Source of the DNA: the human T2T-CHM13v2.0 reference genome, Homo sapiens
Direction: 5' to 3' (one strand)
NCBI RefSeq assembly: GCF_009914755.1
Contig: NC_060942.1
DNA length: 64,000 bases
Positions within the stretch are counted from its first letter, which is position 1. Every line of letters starts with the position of its first letter. Of this stretch, positions 59,065 through 64,000 are shown piece by piece. The notes beneath the pieces are model-generated. The model made no database searches and was not told the origin of the DNA. It worked only from the letters and a program-made list of their open reading frames with translations. Position numbers and translations under genes: made by a program.

Positions 59065-59279
59065 TATATCTTATGGTAATGAAGTTTTGTGTCTGCTTCT
59101 ATTTTTTCCTTGACTGCTGATTAACAGCAGTTTCTTTTGCTGTGCCTTCCTTTTATTTGCAATTTCTAAATGTATGTAAGTGGAGAAATGAGAACTTCAA
59201 AATAAGAATTGTATAAGAGACAAGAGTTTTTGAACATGTTCCTGAGAAGTAAAACACGCAAAATTAGAATAGCAGCATG

Positions 59280-59480
59280 AGAGAGGAGTATGGAGTCAGA
59301 GGAAGCTGAATTTGAACTTTAGCCCTAGAATCTGTTTAACACCAAGCAGATTATCTAGTCTGCTAAGTCCTGGTGTCCCATCTGTGAAATGGCAGCAGTG
59401 TCATCTACCTCACTGTGGCTGTGGGGATTAGGTGTATGACGCGGAGGGTGGTGCTTTGCCCCTAGTTGGATTCAGTTGAT
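59280..59480 (+). mobile_element. MIR fragment
   Basis: ggagtcaga..tttgaac..catctgtgaaatgg..tctacctcac. Confidence 0.5.
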
Positions 59481-60993
59481 GGTAATGTAGGAGGTTTATG
59501 GCAGCAATTTCAAAGCTTGGAGTCTTTTATTTATTTGTTGTGACACCTGTTTGAAGTATTCTGGAGAGTTTGTTGCTGTAAATTTGACCTGAGTATGGGT
59601 ATTTGGTTTTAGCTTTTTATTCTTTTCTCTTTCTCCTTCCTTTCCCGCTCCCCCTCTCCTCCTCTCTCTCTTCCTTCTTCTCCTTCCCGTACTGGCTTTG
59701 TTGTGGTGTAGTCACCCTGCTACTCATCCGATCTTGCATTTAGGATTAGGTCCAGACTTCCAGGTTTGGCTTTCAAAGCCCTGCACAACTCTAAAGCACC
59801 CTCTCTGGCCACTCCCACACCCCTGGGAGTCCAGCTACACTGGGGTTCTCACTGTTTCCTAGCACACGGTGCCCAGTAGACCCCTGCCTTTGTGCAGAGT
59901 GGTCTCTCCATCTTGAATGCTGCCCCTCCTCTCTGCCTGGTAGCCGGTCTCCCTGGGGATTTTCCATTTTCATTGGAGAGTTTGCTCCATCCTCAGATTC
60001 TGCTCCTAAAAGACATGTCTGTGAGGTTTGTCGTATTTGGACTTTAAAAAAAAAATCAGCTGCAGTTTGTAATGGATTTTATCCTACAAAAAAGCTGGAA
60101 GAACATGGAGAGAACGCATGCATCTTTGCATCTTTTTCCCCCAGATTCCTCGGTTGTTAGCGTTGCAGTCATTGGTCTGTCTCCCTCCCTGCTTTGTATT
60201 TAGGAGGAAAGGGGGACCATGATGTAAATGCTTTGGTGTGTTCTGCTCTCTTCCACAAAAGGAACTTGTGTAAGTAACCTCCGTGCAGCCCCCCAGTCAG
60301 GAAGTCATTGTTGATTACAATACCATCCAATTCATTGACTTCATCCAGATTCCTCCCAGTTGTTATGCGTGTCTTTCTCCTCTCTGGTCCGAGATCTTAT
60401 CTGGGTGTACATTTTGGATTTACTTGTGCTGCCTTATCAGTGTCCTTCCGTCTGAAGCAGTTGCTCAGTGTCCCCTGTTCTCATGTCTTTGGCCGTCCAA
60501 AAGGGGACCCAGGCCTCTCCTGTGGCTGACCCTCACTTGGTCTGTCACTGCACTGTCATTGCTGGACTCAGGCATGTGCTCTTGGTGGCAATGCCTGGGC
60601 CGTGATGCCATGCTTTTCTCAAAGGATCACTCTGGGGGCAAGGGCGACATCCACCTGTCTTACAAGGTAGTGGTGATGCCACCCTTCATCATCGAGGCGA
60701 GGCAGTTTCTCCATTATAAAGTCACCATTTTCCCTTTTATATCTGTTAGTATTTTGTGGGGAGGGATTCTAATATTACACCAACAACCTGCTCAGCCTCC
60801 TCAGAATGATAGCTACGTAAATAGATGGTCTCCTGTTTTACACTTCCTGTTGTTAAGACAGCACGTCCAAACAACAGAATCCCTCCCCAAAGGAATGTAG
60901 CATGAACAAAATGAGCTGTGGCATAGCTGTGAAATAGTGATTTCTCAAAATGTGAAAATTGAGTTCTCAGCAATTTCTTAGCCTAGCTAGTAA

Positions 60994-61332
<339 letters not shown>

Positions 61333-61595
61333 AAGTCTATCCTTTTTAAAACAATTGTCCTATGCCAATTACAGAAAAAACAGGAAGTAGAGACAAACAA
61401 AGCAATAAAAATACATATACTATCATCCAGCAGAGATGCTGACAATCCTATGCCTTCTCTTTCTTTTCTATGCCCTTTAAAAAATGTGATCATACCATAC
61501 ATTCTATCTTGTTATCTTCTGTTTTAATTTGCATGAAAATCTTTCCATGCCATTGGTATAGGTCTGTGACATCATTTTAAAAAATCTTCATATAG

Positions 61596-61876
61596 TTTTT
61601 TTTTTTTTTTTTTTGAGACACAGTCTTGCTCTGTTGCCCAGGCTGGCGTACAGTGGCGTGATCTCAGCTCACTGCAACCTCTGCCTCCTGGGCCCAAGCG
61701 ATTCTTGTGCCTCAGCCACCTGTAGCTCCCACACCCAGCTAATTTTTTGTATTTTTAGTAGAGATAGGGTTTCGCCCTGTTGCCCAAGCTAGTCTCAAAC
61801 CCCTGAGCTCAGGCAATCCACCTGCCTCAGCTTCCCAAAGTGCTGGGATTACAGGCATGAGCCACCATGCTGGCCT
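61596..61876 (-). mobile_element. Alu with small internal deletion
   Basis: Reverse dimer; tagtttt on both flanks. Confidence 0.88.
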
Positions 61877-63370
61877 AGTTTTCTATTTAACCACTTATTT
61901 ATACTCTTGGACATTTGGGCCGTTCACAACACTAAGCAGTTTCAAACAGGGAGGAAGTGAACATCTTTGTCACACCTGCTACGGTTAATGATGACAAATG
62001 ATTAGTATACAACATTGTGCTGCATTGTACGGCCCCGAAAACCTTGTCTGCTTCTCAACACCCCCTCCCCCAAGGGTACTTGTGCTCTGCAGTAAAGTAA
62101 CTAACATCTCAAGACCTTGTAAAAACAGGCCAATCCAGTTAAACTTATAAATCTTACGGGGAAAAAGAGAAAAAAGTTACATCTGTAACTTTGGACAGAG
62201 AATTGCACAGTGAGGTTTGAAGCTACATGGGAAGTCCTCTCTCAGGGCCCTGAGAGAGGGAAGGCAGGTGGTTTTAGGAGGCATTCCGTTCTTCAACTTT
62301 GCCGTAGGAATGCCAGGTAAAACCTCAACTTCTCTCTTTTCATTTCTGACCCTCACATCCAGTCAGCTTTTCTCTGACCTTTTCCTAAGCGGCTCCTTAG
62401 AATTCTTTGTGCCCATTCTCACAGTTCTCCAGAGGAAATACAGATGCCCATAGGCCCTCTCCTATGTGCCAGGGTGACCCAGAGCAGTGACTAAAAAATG
62501 GTGACCTGCTGCCATCAGAGCTGTTCTCAAATGACCGAACACACATCCATTGGAGGCAGAGGCCGGCAGCAGGGTAGACGCAGCCCTTTACCCTCTCAAG
62601 ACATCTCGTGCCCTCGTTTCAGTAGAGAGTGTGGATGGGCAGGAGGGATTATGTTCAGAAGGTTCAGGTCTGCTGAATTCATTTGAGGAGGCTGCTTGTT
62701 AGTAACATATTAGTCATGGAAATAGTTTGTAGGAGACAAGTGAATATTTTAAGTCATTTAAAGCGTAAGAAACATTCAAGCATTGTTGAAATAACAGTGG
62801 TATCGATTTTATTTTCTGTTTCTTGATTTTACTGTATATTTGTTTACTGGTGTAGGGCTTCCTGTGTTAAGAACAGGTATAGAAATATTGACATTCAAAT
62901 GTAAAATTGCTACTGACTCTAAATGAAAACTTTGGAGTTGAGTAGGCCTATTTAGTTTATTAATCAGATTAACATTCTTTTCCAAGTTAGGGTATCATCA
63001 TTGCCTTGTCTGATCTTAAAAAAAAAAATCTTTAAAAAAAAAGGATGCTTTTGCTCTGTGTTAAAGTAACATGAAGACTTTGTACAAACATGTGCCAGTT
63101 ATAGATTTGTGAATAGTAAAATGGTCATTAATTTAGATTTCTAAGTAAATGTAGCTGAATGCATCTTTACTGAAAATGTTAAGGTTGATCTATGGTTGAG
63201 TAATGCCAGTTGTCTTCAAAAGTTTGTTTCAGAGCTAATCGTTGTTCTATTTATTGTGTTTGTGTGTTCTCAATGTGCCTCTGCCTCCCAAGTTCTTCAG
63301 CTATAAAGTAGCAGATCCTTTGACTTAAAGAGGCTGACTGACATGATCTCGCTGCACTCTTCTATTTTAG

Positions 63371-63533
63371 AATAATATATAAGTGTTCCATGTGCGACAC
63401 TGTGTTCACCCTGCAAACCTTGCTGTATCGCCACTTTGACCAACACATTGAAAACCAGAAGGTGTCTGTTTTCAAGTGTCCAGACTGTTCTCTTTTATAT
63501 GCACAGAAGCAACTTATGATGGACCATATCAAG
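63371..63533 (+). CDS. ZNF532: ZNF532 coding exon, 163 nt ([12 protein letters not shown]...[19 protein letters not shown])
   Basis: Acceptor tctattttAG at 63369-70; AA+A completes Lys; donor AAG|gtgtgt; ORF track 63390..63602. Confidence 0.95.
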
Positions 63534-63827
63534 GTGTGTGTGCATCTATCCTCTACTTTAAATGAATTGCAGATCCATTCATTGGTCATAAATCAAGGCT
63601 GAGCTGCAGGTGACTCTAAAGCATGCCTCACTGTCGAGGGAAGGGATGGATGCTGGTCGTTGTCAGTGAGCAACTTACATGCTGTCATCATGTGTTCACT
63701 TGACTGTGGTGCTTTTCATTCAGGAGTCCTGATCTGCCTACTAAAGATTAGTGAAAAGGAACCAATGTCTGCCCTGATTTTAAAAGAGTAAAAAAGTACT
63801 AAGTTTTTTGTTTTTTGTTTTTTTTAA

Positions 63828-64000
<173 letters not shown>

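Noticed and set aside
60283-60900. 205-aa ORF
   Set aside because: GTG start, no recognisable domain, and it overlaps sequence that looks like a degraded old L1 fragment

Overview
Human (primate) genomic DNA lying entirely inside the ZNF532 gene, transcribed on the + strand. About 33.5 kb of Alu-dense intron precede a giant 2,363-nt first coding exon (33533-35895; ATG 33550). Three small zinc-finger exons follow (49687-49868, 54733-54909, 63371-63533) and splice in frame; the gene continues beyond the window. The rest is intron: roughly 45 Alu/FLAM copies, old L1 and MIR fragments, MER2, MER46/Tigger4-like and MER53 DNA-transposon relics, microsatellites and a tailless U2 snRNA retrocopy. There is no prokaryotic-type system. 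The most interesting signals concern RNA processing. (1) Back-splicing of the giant exon would create a closed ORF whose stop overlaps the start (TAATG). (2) That exon's donor looks weak but matches U1 perfectly at +1..+8 if one G is bulged. (3) The 177-nt two-finger exon is clamped by inverted Alus and would be a stop-free endless ORF if circularised. (4) The pre-mRNA carries a 53-nt antisense copy of the U2 5' end. Repeat boundaries and subfamily calls were made by eye and are approximate.
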